Assembly: GCF_006345805.1 (NCBI RefSeq)
Contig: NW_021836738.1
Span: 1 to 33,943, forward strand
DNA from: Octopus sinensis
Lineage: Eukaryota
Reading direction: 5' to 3'
Length of the DNA stretch: 33,943 nt
A program made the translations under genes and the position numbers. The notes under the pieces were generated by a model. That model was not told the origin of the DNA and ran no database searches. It worked only from the letters and a program-made list of their open reading frames with translations. Within the stretch, counting starts at the first letter, position 1. Each line of letters starts with the position of its first letter. Shown here piece by piece: positions 11,955 through 26,076 of this stretch.

Positions 11955-13650
11955 TGCTTATGGTGTCCTTGTGAAAACATAAACTAGACAGAAATATATA
12001 CAAAAAAAAAATAGATAAATTATTTTTAAAAAAATGTAAAGCAACCGTTATTATGGTTATTGTTGTAGCTGCTGCTGCTGCTGCAGTTATTGTTGTTGTT
12101 GTTATTCTACATAAGACAGTTTGGCGGAAGGGTGGGTGTCTGGACTTATCTGCCCTGCTATTTTTTTGATTGACAAAAAAAAATCTCAAAAATTAGAAAT
12201 GAAACGGGTCGAGGTGGTGGTGTCGCTGCTGGTTGAGCTAGTGGTGGTGGTGGTGGTGGTGGTGGAGGCAGGGTTGTTGTTGGTAGTTGTGCTGATGAGG
12301 GTCTTACATTTGGCAGGGGGAGGTGATGGTCATTATATGGAAGCGGTGGTGGTGCTCGTGCAGGACTTGGTTATGGTTAAAGCTGGTGATTTCGATGGTG
12401 GAACTGACAGTGGTGGTGGTGCTGGTGGTGGTAATATTGGTGGTGATGTAGGTGACAGTCATGATCGGGATGGTTGAAGTGGGGTGAGGGTGGGGTTTTT
12501 TGGTGGGAGTGGTGGTGGTAGTGGTAGCAGTATTGTGGGTTATGGTGTTGGTCTTAGTGGTGGTGGTATTGGTGGTGTTGGTTGTAATGGTGGTGTTAGT
12601 GGTGTTAGTGGTGGTGTTGGTGGTGGTAGTGGTGATGGTGGTTATGGTGATATTATTGGTGGTGGTAGTGGTGGTGGTGATGGTTGTAGAGGTATTGTGG
12701 GTGATGGTGTTGGTATTGGTGCAGGTGATATTGATGAAGGTGGTAGTGGTGGTGGTGTTAGTAGTAGTGTTAGTGGTGGTGGTGGTGGTGGCGGTGGTGG
12801 TGGTGGCGGTGGTGGTGGTGGCGGTGGTAGTACTAAGGGCATTGGTGGTGATAGTGGTGTTGGTGTTAATGTTGGTTTAGGTGTTTGTGACGGCGGCGAT
12901 GGTGGTGGTGGGGGTTGTGATGGTGGGGGTGGGGGTGGTGATGGTGGTGGTGGTAGGGGTGATGGTAGTAGTGGTGGTGGTAGTGGTGGTGGTTATCGTC
13001 ATGAGTGTGGTAGTTGCGTAGCGTTGGCAACGGTGGTACAAATGGTGGCGATGGCATAGTGATGGACGTAGTGGCGGTGATGGGGATCGGTGGTGGTGAT
13101 GGTAGTGATAGTGGTGGTGGTGGTTGTGATGAAGGTGTTGATAGTGATGTTGGTCATGGCAAAGCTGGGGCATTTCAAAGATAAGTCGGCGTTGGTGTTT
13201 GTGGCGGTGATGCAGGCGACGACGGGCGGTGGTGAAAGGGATGGCCATTGCGACAGTCGCGGTGGTGGTGGTGGTGGTGGTGTGGTGATGATGGCGGCGA
13301 CGGCGACGGCGATGGTGATGTTGATGGTGATGCTGATGATGTATGGAGATGTTAAGGGATATCAGAATGAAGCTAACACTGGCGGTGGCGGTGGCGGTGG
13401 CGGTGGCGGTGGCGGTGGCGGTGGCGGTGGCGGTGGCGGTGGCGGACGGGGTGCGAAGGCAGAGAAGGTCAGGCCGCACAGACATATTAACATACAGACA
13501 TGTTTTGGCCTGGAAACGTAGCATTAGGGATTCAAATGGAAAGCCAGCGACAACGACGATGACAACAACAACAACAACAACAACTTCAATGACATCAATA
13601 ACAACAACAACGACAACAACAACAACAACGACAACATCAATAACGAGGTG
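9360..13650. repeat. Mosaic of degenerate trinucleotide and low-complexity repeats: (GGT), (GAT/GAC), (ATT), A-rich, (AAT), (GTT), (GCT), (GGT), (GGCGGT), (CAA)
   Basis: Directly visible; explains the poly-I/M/S/D/G/V/H ORFs. No SINE recognised inside. Confidence 0.93.
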
Positions 13651-13845
13651 AAAAAAACACACACACAGGAAGATGATACAATAGAGGGGAAAAAGTAGGG
13701 TCTGGGTAAAATCCTTCAAAAAAAATATAAGAGAAGAGAACAGGGAGAAAATTGATATGGAACTTCGTGGTTAGATGTAATTTTATGTGCGAGCGTGTGT
13801 TTGTTGTTGGTATTTTTTATAGTTGTGTTTACTACTGTTTTTTTT

Positions 13846-14100
13846 TTGTTGTTTAGCCCCATGACAACCGTGGTAGAGTAGACTTATGATGAGCGTCATT
13901 CTAGCCGTGGCCTTCCCGTTTACTCTTTCTATGCACCGGAAATAAGAACCTCCATTACATCCTTTTTTTTATTCTTCATATATTTTCTTTCTGTTTTGTT
14001 ACATTTTTTTTTGTTTATTAAGCTTTTATGTTTTCTAAAGAGGAAAGGATATGACTTAAGGGAGAGTTGGTTGCTACTTCTAGCAAGTTGAGTGGTGGAA
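13846..14100 (-). mobile_element. Diverged SINE family F copy
   Basis: ttgttgtttagcccc...tatgat...attctagccgtggcc is the reverse complement of the 26550-26590-type tail (...gacctttagccaagcaacaac). Confidence 0.5.
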
Positions 14101-14225
14101 GATAGGGTTGTGATCATTGTTATTCGGTTTGGATGTAGATGTGAGAACGAGTGAGCGCTTGGGTGTATAAGAGTCCATGTGATATCTATGTACGTAAGTT
14201 ATGTCGGAATGCAAGTGTCACTATC

Positions 14226-14266
<41 letters not shown>

Positions 14267-14267
<1 letters not shown>

Positions 14268-14681
14268 TCTTTACTCTCTTTTTTTACTCTTTTACTTGTT
14301 TGAGCCATTTGACTGTGGCCATGCTGGAGCACCGCCTTTAGTCGATCAAATCGATCCCGGGACTTATTCTTTGTAAGCCTAGTAGTTATTCTATCGGTCT
14401 CTTTTGCCGAACCACTAAGTTACGGGACGTAAACACAACGGCATTGGTTGTCAAGAGATGTTGGTGGTGGGACAAACACAGACACACAAACATATACACA
14501 CACATACATATACATATATACATATATATATATGATGGGCTTCTATCAGTTTCCATCTACCAAATCCGCTCACAAGGCTTTGGTCGGCCCGTGGCTATAG
14601 TAGAAGACACTTGCCCAAGGTGCCACACATTGGGACTGAACCCGGAACCATGTGGTTCCTAAGCAATCTACTTACCACACA
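14267..14681 (-). mobile_element. SINE family A, slightly 5'-truncated
   Basis: Close match to 923-1341. Confidence 0.9.
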
Positions 14682-14774
14682 ATGTATGTATATATGTATG
14701 TATGTATGGATGGATGGATGTATCTATGTATATTTATATATGTATGTATATATATATATTTATATACATTTATA

Positions 14775-14872
<98 letters not shown>

Positions 14873-14895
14873 TATACATACATACGTACATGCAT
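14682..14895. repeat. (ATGT)n/(TA)n microsatellite
   Basis: Directly visible. Confidence 0.95.
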
Positions 14896-15000
14896 ACAGC
14901 GCCTGCGATAGATAAATTATCGCCATTTTATATTTCTTATTTCGCGCACACTCATTGTTTGTTTGTTTCTGATTTTGTCGACTACACAGTATACTTATTC

Positions 15001-15708
15001 TTTCTTCTCTTCTCTAGTCAAAATGCCTGAAATTTAGCGGGGGGGGGGTGTCAATCGATTAGATCGACCCCAGTACGTAAATGGTACTTAATTTATCGAC
15101 CCTGAAAGGATGAAAGGCATAGTCGATCTCGGTGGAATTTGAACTCAGAACGTAATAACAGACGAAATACCTATTTCTTTACTACCCACCAGGGGCTAAA
15201 CACAGAGAGGACAATCAATGACAGACAAACGGATTAAGTCGATTATATCGACCCTAGTACGTTATTGGTACTTATTTAATCGACCCGGAAAGGATGAATT
15301 TCAAAGTCGACCTCGGCGGAATTTTAACTCAAAACGTAGCGGCAGACGAAATACCGCATATCATTTCGCCTGGCGAGCTAAAATTTCTTGTTTCTTTATT
15401 GCCTACAAGGAGCTAGACATAGAAGGGACAAACAAGGACAGAATTTGAACTCAGAACGTAGAAACAGACGAAATACCTATTTCTTTACTACCCACAAAGG
15501 TCTACACACAGAGGGGACAAACAAGGACAGACAAACGGATCAAGTCGATTATATCGACCACAGTACGCAACTGGTACTTATTTAATCGACCCTAAAAGGA
15601 CGAAAAGCGAAGTGGAACTCTGTGGAATTTGAACCCAGAAGGTAACGGCAGGCGAAAACTGCTAAGGATTTCCTCCGGCGTGCTAAAGTTTGTTCCAGCT
15701 CGCCGTCT
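15001..15708 (-). mobile_element. Tandem array of two SINE family B elements (four B-box units)
   Basis: A unit of about 185 bp recurs. GAATTT(G/T)AAC(T/C)C (antisense B box) at about 15135, 15319, 15441 and 15625; head-like segments at about 15340-15385 and 15645-15708. Confidence 0.88.
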
Positions 15709-15734
15709 GACTATACAGTATACTAGTGTCTGTT

Positions 15735-16705
15735 GGGAAACCGTCTGTGACAAAAACCCTGACTCAATTCACTCTGCCAGAAATTTTGAAACGTCATGCT
15801 GCGCTCATTGGCATTCGCGCTGGAAGTTCCAATACAAGCATTTCAGAGTGTTTGGATGTCAATCTGAGAACAGTGCAGAGGATTCAGAAAGAGTTGGATC
15901 AGTTTGATGGTGATTACGAAGGTACGACAGCTCGGAAAATCCTCTCTGGTCGTTCTGATAAGAAAATAACTCCTGAATTGTTATTGAGATCCAGGCTATG
16001 ATTGACAACGATCTCTTAAAGTCAATCAGTTCCATCGCTTGAGACAGGGGTGTGTCTGAATTTCTGATGAGGCAGGTACTGCTTGAAGACATTTGGTATT
16101 CATCATACAAGATGAGAATGGGCAAATTTTTATTCCAAGCCATCAAGGACAAGAGGAATGACAGCGCTACGAAGCTTTTGAACGAATTCAAGCATCCTCT
16201 CCATCCGAACATGATTTGGTTTTTCTCGGACAAGAGTAATTTCTGCATGAATCAGATGGTCGACACACAGACAATCGTTGGTTTGTGGTCTCCCTAAAAC
16301 ATGCACTGAGAGTGATAAAAATCAAACATCCAGTCAACATCAAGGTGTTTGGAGTGATCACTAGTGATGGCGACGTTATGCCTCCATTCATCTTCCCACA
16401 TGGCATGAGATTCAACACGGAGGCTCGTATCAACTGCCTGGATGAGGTAGTGCTGCCTTGGGCCAAAAGGGTGGCTGCTCAAAGACCCTATGTCTGGCAA
16501 CCGGACTCTGCACCATGCTACAGAAGCAGTGGCTGTCAAACAATTTCTGCGACCACATCACCCCTAACATCTGGCTACATAACTCCCCAGACTGCAACTC
16601 CCTTGTTTATTACGTGCAGGGGCAGTTGAACGAGAGACCAGCAAAAGTCCTTGTAACACGGAAGATGAACTGAAGGCAAGGATTATGGTAGCATTCACCA
16701 ATACT
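15735..16705 (+). pseudogene. Decayed IS630-Tc1-mariner transposase, DD37D (maT) type
   Basis: Fragments RTVQRIQKEL (HTH region), WFFSDKSNF, KHPVNIKVFGVITSDG, YVWQPDSAPC and NSPDCNSLVYYV. Has frameshifts and stops, the third D is changed to V, the 3' end is truncated and no TIR was identified. The DD37D call rests on family resemblance because a deletion affects the D-D spacing. Confidence 0.85.
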
Positions 16706-16811
16706 CCAGAATATATACTGCAAACACACACACACAACACACACAAACACACATACAAACACACTGATACATACAAGCATACACACAAATACACATCCGT
16801 ATATACATATA

Positions 16812-17030
16812 TACTCTTACTCTTTTACTTGTTTCAGTCATTTGACTGCGGCCAAGCTGGAGCACCGCCTTTAGTCGAGCAAATCGACCCCAGGACTTAT
16901 TCTTTGTGAGCCTAGTACTTATCCTATCGGTCTCTTAGAAAACGCTAGCTTAGCTTACTGGGACATAAACACACGAGGATCGGTTGTCAAGCGATGTTGG
17001 TGGGGAACAAACACAGACACAAAAATATTA
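16812..17030 (-). mobile_element. SINE family A, 3' half
   Basis: Matches 923-1150. Confidence 0.88.
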
Positions 17031-17084
17031 CCCACATACACAGACACACACACTATATTATATATATATGTAAACATACATACA

Positions 17085-17144
<60 letters not shown>

Positions 17145-17490
17145 TATATATATATATATATATATCGAAGTGAAGAAAAAGGGAAAATAGGAAAGCCGAA
17201 ATTCTCCAGGAACCTTTATATTTAAGGCGCAAAAAGTCTCCCATCCCCCGAGGAATGGGAGATGTCTAGTAATACAAGTTCCGTTAGCGTATTCATATTA
17301 CTCAGCCTTAGTTAGTAGCAGTATCACACGCGCGCCAATGTTGGTGTAATCAACTCTCCAAGCGTCGGTGTAAACTTGTCTCAAGGTTGTGTGAAAATTT
17401 CCACATTTTCAGAAGGTCCTCTATTTTCAATTTACTTTCACTTTTCACTTCTTCGACACTCTGAAATGGTTCAATTGAAAAGAACGCTCT

Positions 17491-17524
<34 letters not shown>

Positions 17525-17580
17525 CACACCACATATGTATGTATATATATCTATATATATATATATAATAATATTTATGT

Positions 17581-17912
17581 GAGACCACTTCTGTCATGAG
17601 TGACCATGGGATTGCATCTAGAAAGTTACCCTCCCAAGCACAAGTCCGGGCAAGGTTGTTTATGGAAGACCAGCAGTCGCCTATGTATAACAGCCTCCCC
17701 TCTCCATGCCACCAGTGTTATCCAAGGGAAAGGCAAAGGGACCGATACAGCTTGGCACCTGTGACGTCGCAGTTCATTTCTACAGCTGAGTGAACTGGAG
17801 CAACGTGAAATAAAGTCTCTTGCTCAAGAACATAACACGCAGCCCGGTCTGGGATTCGAGCGCACAACTTCATGATCCTAAGCCCGACGCTCTAACCACT
17901 GTGCCATGCGCC
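17581..17912 (-). mobile_element. SINE family C
   Basis: Matches 6374-6709. Confidence 0.9.
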
Positions 17913-18499
17913 GTCACTATATATATATATATATATGTGTGTGGGGTGTGTGAATGTGTGTGTGTATGTGTGTGTGTGTGTACTTGTATGTTTGTATGGA
18001 CATAGCATAAAGAAGCAAGCCTTTTGCATATCGAACCTACCCAACTCGCAAAATAAAATGCTTTTGTCAGAGTTTTTTTGAGCGTCTAATAGACAGCAGA
18101 GCAATATTTCTTCTCACAGCTGACAACTGAGTTCGAATTCCACCGATGCCAATGCCAAAACTTGGGACTGATTTTTTCTTCATTTTCTCTCTCACTTTCT
18201 CCCTCTCTTTTGTCGCTCCCACTTCCTCTCCAATTTTTTTTTTCACTTTTTCTGTCTCCCTATTTTCAGCGGAAGACTTATGCGTCTCAAGGAGAACTTC
18301 GTAATATTCCACAAAAGCATTTCTTCAGAGTTCATGGAGGTTTTAGACGTCAACTAAGCAAAATCTTGCCGTAAAAAAAAATCTTATCTTTATCTGGAAG
18401 AGTCCAACATCAGCTCGTGGTGTAAGGGATAAAAAATAAGGGAGAGAATAAAGAAGCGGACATATATTGGACAACCCCCATTCACTAAAGTACACCTCG

Positions 18500-22085
<3,586 letters not shown>

Positions 22086-22094
22086 TTACCGCAT

Positions 22095-22313
22095 GGTGAT
22101 AAGCATGTCGTTAGCATCTCGGACGAAAAGCCTTTCGTTTTTATGTTCTGAATTCAAATTCTACCAATGTTGATCATGCTTTTCATCCTTTCGGGGCCGA
22201 TAAAATAAGTACCTGTTGATAAAATAAGTATCATTTAAGTAGTAGGACCGATAAAATTGACCTAGCTCATTCTGACGAATTTAATGGCCTCGTGCCTAAA
22301 TTTGAAACCAATA
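22095..22313 (+). mobile_element. Diverged SINE family B-related monomer
   Basis: gttctgaattcaaattc (B box), ttttcatcctttcggggccgataaaataagtacc, and tail gcctcgtgcctaaatttgaaacc. Confidence 0.75.
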
Positions 22314-22339
22314 TTATAAATCGAAACAAAGAGGGTCGG

Positions 22340-22520
22340 CGATTTTTTTCCTTCTTCCCTTTGGACTGTCTTGTTATTCTTGTTTCCGAAGAAGAGCGAT
22401 GCTCGAAAGGCAAAAACAACCACTCGTTTCCTTCTCCGAGCGTCGTATAAATACTTTGCTTGTGCTACGTCCTCACGCTGTTTGTTTTTTCTCCTTGATT
22501 TTGTTTTCTCTGCATTCTGA
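22340..22520 (+). mobile_element. Probable Penelope-like terminal remnant with degenerate hammerhead motif (22380-22419)
   Basis: CCGAAGA-a-GAGC-gat-GCTC-GAAA, flanked by TTGTTT and AAACAA that could form stem I. Confidence 0.45.
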
Positions 22521-22535
22521 ATTAATCATATATAA

Positions 22536-22570
<35 letters not shown>

Positions 22571-22814
22571 ATAATTACACACACACTCACACTCACACTC
22601 TCACACTCACACTCATACACATATGTACATGCATATATATAGGAGAAATACGTACATTAGAAAGAACATCCGCTTTTGTATTTGCCTTACATGTACAAGC
22701 CCAGGGGCATTTGCTTATATATTCACTGCTAAACAGTCTCATACGCCGACGCACAAGAGCATGCAGGCTCAGACAAGTTGAACAATACGTTCAGACGCAG
22801 ATATAGGGAAGGAT

Positions 22815-23136
22815 AAGTACTCCGTCGGTTAGGAGGACGAGAGTCCCAGCTGACACGATCAACGGAACAGATTGCTCGTGAAATTTAGCATACAAGTGCC
22901 TGAGTATCCCCTGGTCACCTGTACCGTTCACATAGTTCTGAGGGAGATTCGGCGTGACACAAAGTTCGACAAGGCTGGCCCTTTGAAATACAGGTACAAC
23001 TCATTTTTGCCAGCTGAGTGGACTGGAGCAACCTGAAATAAAGTGTCTTGCTCAAGGACACAACGCGTCACCGAGAATTGAACTCACGACATTACGATCG
23101 TAAGCCGAATGTCCTAAGCACAAAGCCACGAGCCTT
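22815..23136 (-). mobile_element. SINE, family C-related variant (same head and CORE, different tail)
   Basis: cagctgagtggactggagcaac...gtgtcttgctcaaggacacaac is shared with family C, while 22815-22980 differs. Confidence 0.8.
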
Positions 23137-23272
23137 CACGACGTGGATAAGCAGACATGTAAATGCGCATGTTTCTCTATTCCTGTACAAATTTTTCTTT
23201 TGTGACTCAACCGGTAGTAGATTCTAGGACGGAGACAAGTTTTGGAGGGTTTCATGTATGCATGGAGATATA

Positions 23273-23318
<46 letters not shown>

Positions 23319-23349
23319 CGTGTGTGCGTGCGTATGTGTGTGTGTGTGT

Positions 23350-23580
23350 GTTTGTGTGTCTATGTATGTTTGTGTGTCTGTTTTTGTCCTCCCAACATCG
23401 CTTGACAACTGATGCTGGTGTGTGTTTACGTCCCCGTAACTTAGCGGTTCGAAGAAAGAGACCGATAAAATAAGTACTAGGCTTACAAAGAATAAGTCCT
23501 GTGGTCAATTTGCTCGACTAAAGGCGGTGCTCCAGAATGGCCGCAGTCAAATGACTGAAACATGTAAAAGGGAGAAAGAG
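23350..23580 (+). mobile_element. SINE family A, 3' half, after (GT)n
   Basis: Reverse-complement match to 923-1150. Confidence 0.87.
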
Positions 23581-23591
23581 AATATATATAG

Positions 23592-23632
<41 letters not shown>

Positions 23633-23654
23633 GATAGATAGATAGATATATATA

Positions 23655-23809
23655 TACGAAGAGCTTCTTTCAGTTTCCTTCTACCAAATGCACTCACAAG
23701 TCTTCGGTGGGCCCGAGTCTATAGTTGATGAGACTCGCAAAAGATGTCACGCAGCGGGAATGAACTCGGAATTATGTGGTTGGGAAACAAATTTCTCACT
23801 ACACAGCCA
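23655..23809 (-). mobile_element. SINE family A, 5' half (diverged)
   Basis: Matches 1180-1335. Confidence 0.75.
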
Positions 23810-24164
23810 AAGCACTGAATACTTATAATATACAAATTAGTAGCTGCAGTTGTGTAAAGCTCCAAATGTGATGCGTTTATGTGGCGACTTATTTCTCTGG
23901 AATTGTTCAGGATACGTAGACAATTTTTCTGAAGCCTGATAATGACGAAAATCGATTAAGTCTTGTTTACATACACAGACAAACCCACACCACTCACACC
24001 CAGTCCAATAAATAACACTTCTCTCTCTCCCTCTCTCCCTCTCTCCCTCTCTCTCCTCGCTCTCTCTCTCAATATATATATTATATATTATATATATATA
24101 TATTATATATATTATATATATATATATATTAATATATATAATATATATAATAGTATATATATAT

Positions 24165-24195
<31 letters not shown>

Positions 24196-24225
24196 GCATG
24201 GAGCTTATGTATATGTATAGATAGA

Positions 24226-24630
24226 TACTCTTTTGCTTGTTTCATTCATTTAAGTGTCACCATGCTGGAGCAGCACATTTAGTCGAGCAAATCGACCCTA
24301 GGACTCATTCTTTGTAAGGCTAGTAATTATTCTATCGCCCTATTTTGCCGAACCGCTAAATTACAGGAACGTAAACACACCAGCATCGGTCGTCAAGCGA
24401 TATTGGTTGGGGGACAAACGCAGACACAAATATATACACACACATACATATATATATATACATATATACGACGGGCTTCTTTTAACCTCAGTTTACCAAA
24501 TCCACTCAAGGCTGTGGTAGGCTCGTGGCTATAGTAGAAGACACTTGCCGAAGGTGCCTCGCAGTGGAAATGGACCCGGAACCATGTGGTTGGTAAGCAA
24601 GCTGCTTACCACACAGCCACTCCCACGCCT
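24226..24630 (-). mobile_element. SINE family A, full length
   Basis: Matches 923-1341. Confidence 0.9.
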
Positions 24631-24636
24631 AGATAC

Positions 24637-24710
<74 letters not shown>

Positions 24711-24758
24711 CGATAGATAGATAGGCAGCCAGATAGATATATAGATATATATATATAT

Positions 24759-24825
<67 letters not shown>
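24631..24825. repeat. (GATA)n microsatellite
   Basis: Directly visible. Confidence 0.96.
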
Positions 24826-24826
<1 letters not shown>

Positions 24827-25178
24827 ATTGATAGAACGATACAGGCGTGGAGACTTACATTCAGAACACTAAGCTTCCGAGAAAACGATAGGATGGCCGT
24901 CGAACTTCAGTTGTTAATCATACAGTTGGCGGGCAGTAAAAAAAAAATCTCCTAAGCATCAGAGCGAAATGAAACTACTCTTTCAAGCTTGGTTGAAGGG
25001 TCTTGACAAAAGACATATATATATATATATATACACATATACATATAGTCACACGAAGCGTCGTTCAATAAGTTATTGCTGTCACTCGGTTTTGAGCGAT
25101 CAATGCCATCGCTTGAATGAACAGCACGAACATACCTTTCCAATTTATCTAAGGCCATGCACACTTTTTAAATGACAA

Positions 25179-25209
<31 letters not shown>

Positions 25210-25332
25210 CAGACAGACAGACAGACAGACAGACACACAGACAGACACACAGAGAGATTGACACATATACACAGACACAAACACACGCATATTCTTATAT
25301 TCCTGTTCTATATTTTTAAGATGAGGAATTCT

Positions 25333-25485
25333 ATTCGTTATTTACATTATTTACATTGGACGGATATGTGACCTCATCTTGTTTGTTGTTATGACAACAA
25401 TTCGGCTGATTTACTCTCCAGCCTTCTTCAGGTGTCCTGGTGGAATTTTGAACCCACCCTGGGTTCTCATTCCTAAGGTAACAAC
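25333..25485 (-). mobile_element. Hammerhead-bearing tail module (Penelope-like), degenerate
   Basis: Minus strand GACAC-CTGAAGA-a-GGCTG-gagagtaaat-CAGCC-GAAtt-GTT-gtcat; inverted copy of 26006-26132. Confidence 0.7.
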
Positions 25486-25532
25486 AAACAAAGTGGGGAC
25501 ACATATCTCGTACAGCGTGTTTTATGAGCATA

Positions 25533-25600
25533 TAGCGTAATGGTTAGGAGCGCGGGCTACTAACCCCAAGATTGCGAGTTCAATTCCAGGCAGTGCCTTG
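25533..25600 (+). mobile_element. tRNA-derived SINE head with Pol III A and B boxes
   Basis: A box TAGCGTAATGG (25533-25543) fits TRGCNNARYGG and B box GTTCAATTC (25578-25586) fits GWTCRANNC. The cloverleaf is imperfect, so this is not called a tRNA gene. Followed by (AAT)n. Confidence 0.75.
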
Positions 25601-25604
25601 AATC

Positions 25605-25640
<36 letters not shown>

Positions 25641-25670
25641 TAATAATAATAATAATGATAATAATAATAA

Positions 25671-25941
25671 TTCACCTCTGGAAACATGGGTGTTTCATTC
25701 AACATCCTTAAACAACCCTTATTCAGGGACCCTTTGTGCAGGATGAGTTACTCAACCAGAAGAAAATTCTAACTGGGCCCCACCTGCAAGGTCATGTGCT
25801 GTTTATCACCATGACGCGCACATATGGTTGTGATGCATGTGCCTAGTGTACCCTTTTCAGACGGGTAGTCATGATGGGTATACTGGGCTTCGTATATTTT
25901 ACCCCAGTGTCACTTTGATGGCATGCACTGCTCTCTCACTC

Positions 25942-25990
<49 letters not shown>
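25671..25990 (+). mobile_element. 5'-truncated retroposon fragment with (AAT)n tail, nested in an (AAT)n tract
   Basis: About 270 bp of non-repetitive sequence bracketed by (AAT)n on both sides (25604-25670 and 25942-25990). Confidence 0.6.
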
Positions 25991-26030
25991 TCACCAGCAA
26001 AAAGATACCTTATAAATGAGAACCCATGTT

Positions 26031-26076
26031 GGGTTCTGATGAAGGCTGGAGGGTAAATCAGCCGAAACGTTGTGAT
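26031..26076 (+). ncRNA. Minimal type I hammerhead ribozyme motif (Penelope-associated type); stem I 5' arm disrupted in this copy
   Basis: CTGATGA (26036-26042), one extra A, stem II GGCTG/CAGCC, GAAAC, GTT, and palindrome AACGTT (26066-26071) in place of stem III. Activity not shown. Confidence 0.65.

Noticed and set aside
11819-11974. 51-aa ORF MSALIVLLFVVVPVIMATTAAAAAAP... with a good Kozak context and signal-peptide look
   Set aside because: The hydrophobicity comes from (GTT)/(GCT) repeats; no other support.
12121-13521. Gly-rich ORFs suggesting a suckerin-like or cuticle-like protein
   Set aside because: Degenerate (GGT)n. No regular GGY/Ala-His modules or signal peptide, stops between segments, and no splice signals seen.
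13846-13930. Apparent acceptor, TGATGA C-box or small hairpin (exon, snoRNA or miRNA)
   Set aside because: Better explained as the tail of a diverged family F SINE; no D box or pre-miRNA-length stem.
15001-15708. CRISPR-like repeat array
   Set aside because: Eukaryotic SINE multimers with long units and no unique spacers or cas genes.
24952-25175. Short ORFs and minus-strand donor-like sites (GTATGT at about 25135, GTAAGT at about 24860)
   Set aside because: Candidate exons are tiny or contain stops; consistent with chance.
25528-25600. tRNA gene
   Set aside because: A and B boxes are present but the acceptor, anticodon and T stems do not pair well; treated as a SINE head. tRNAscan-SE would settle it.
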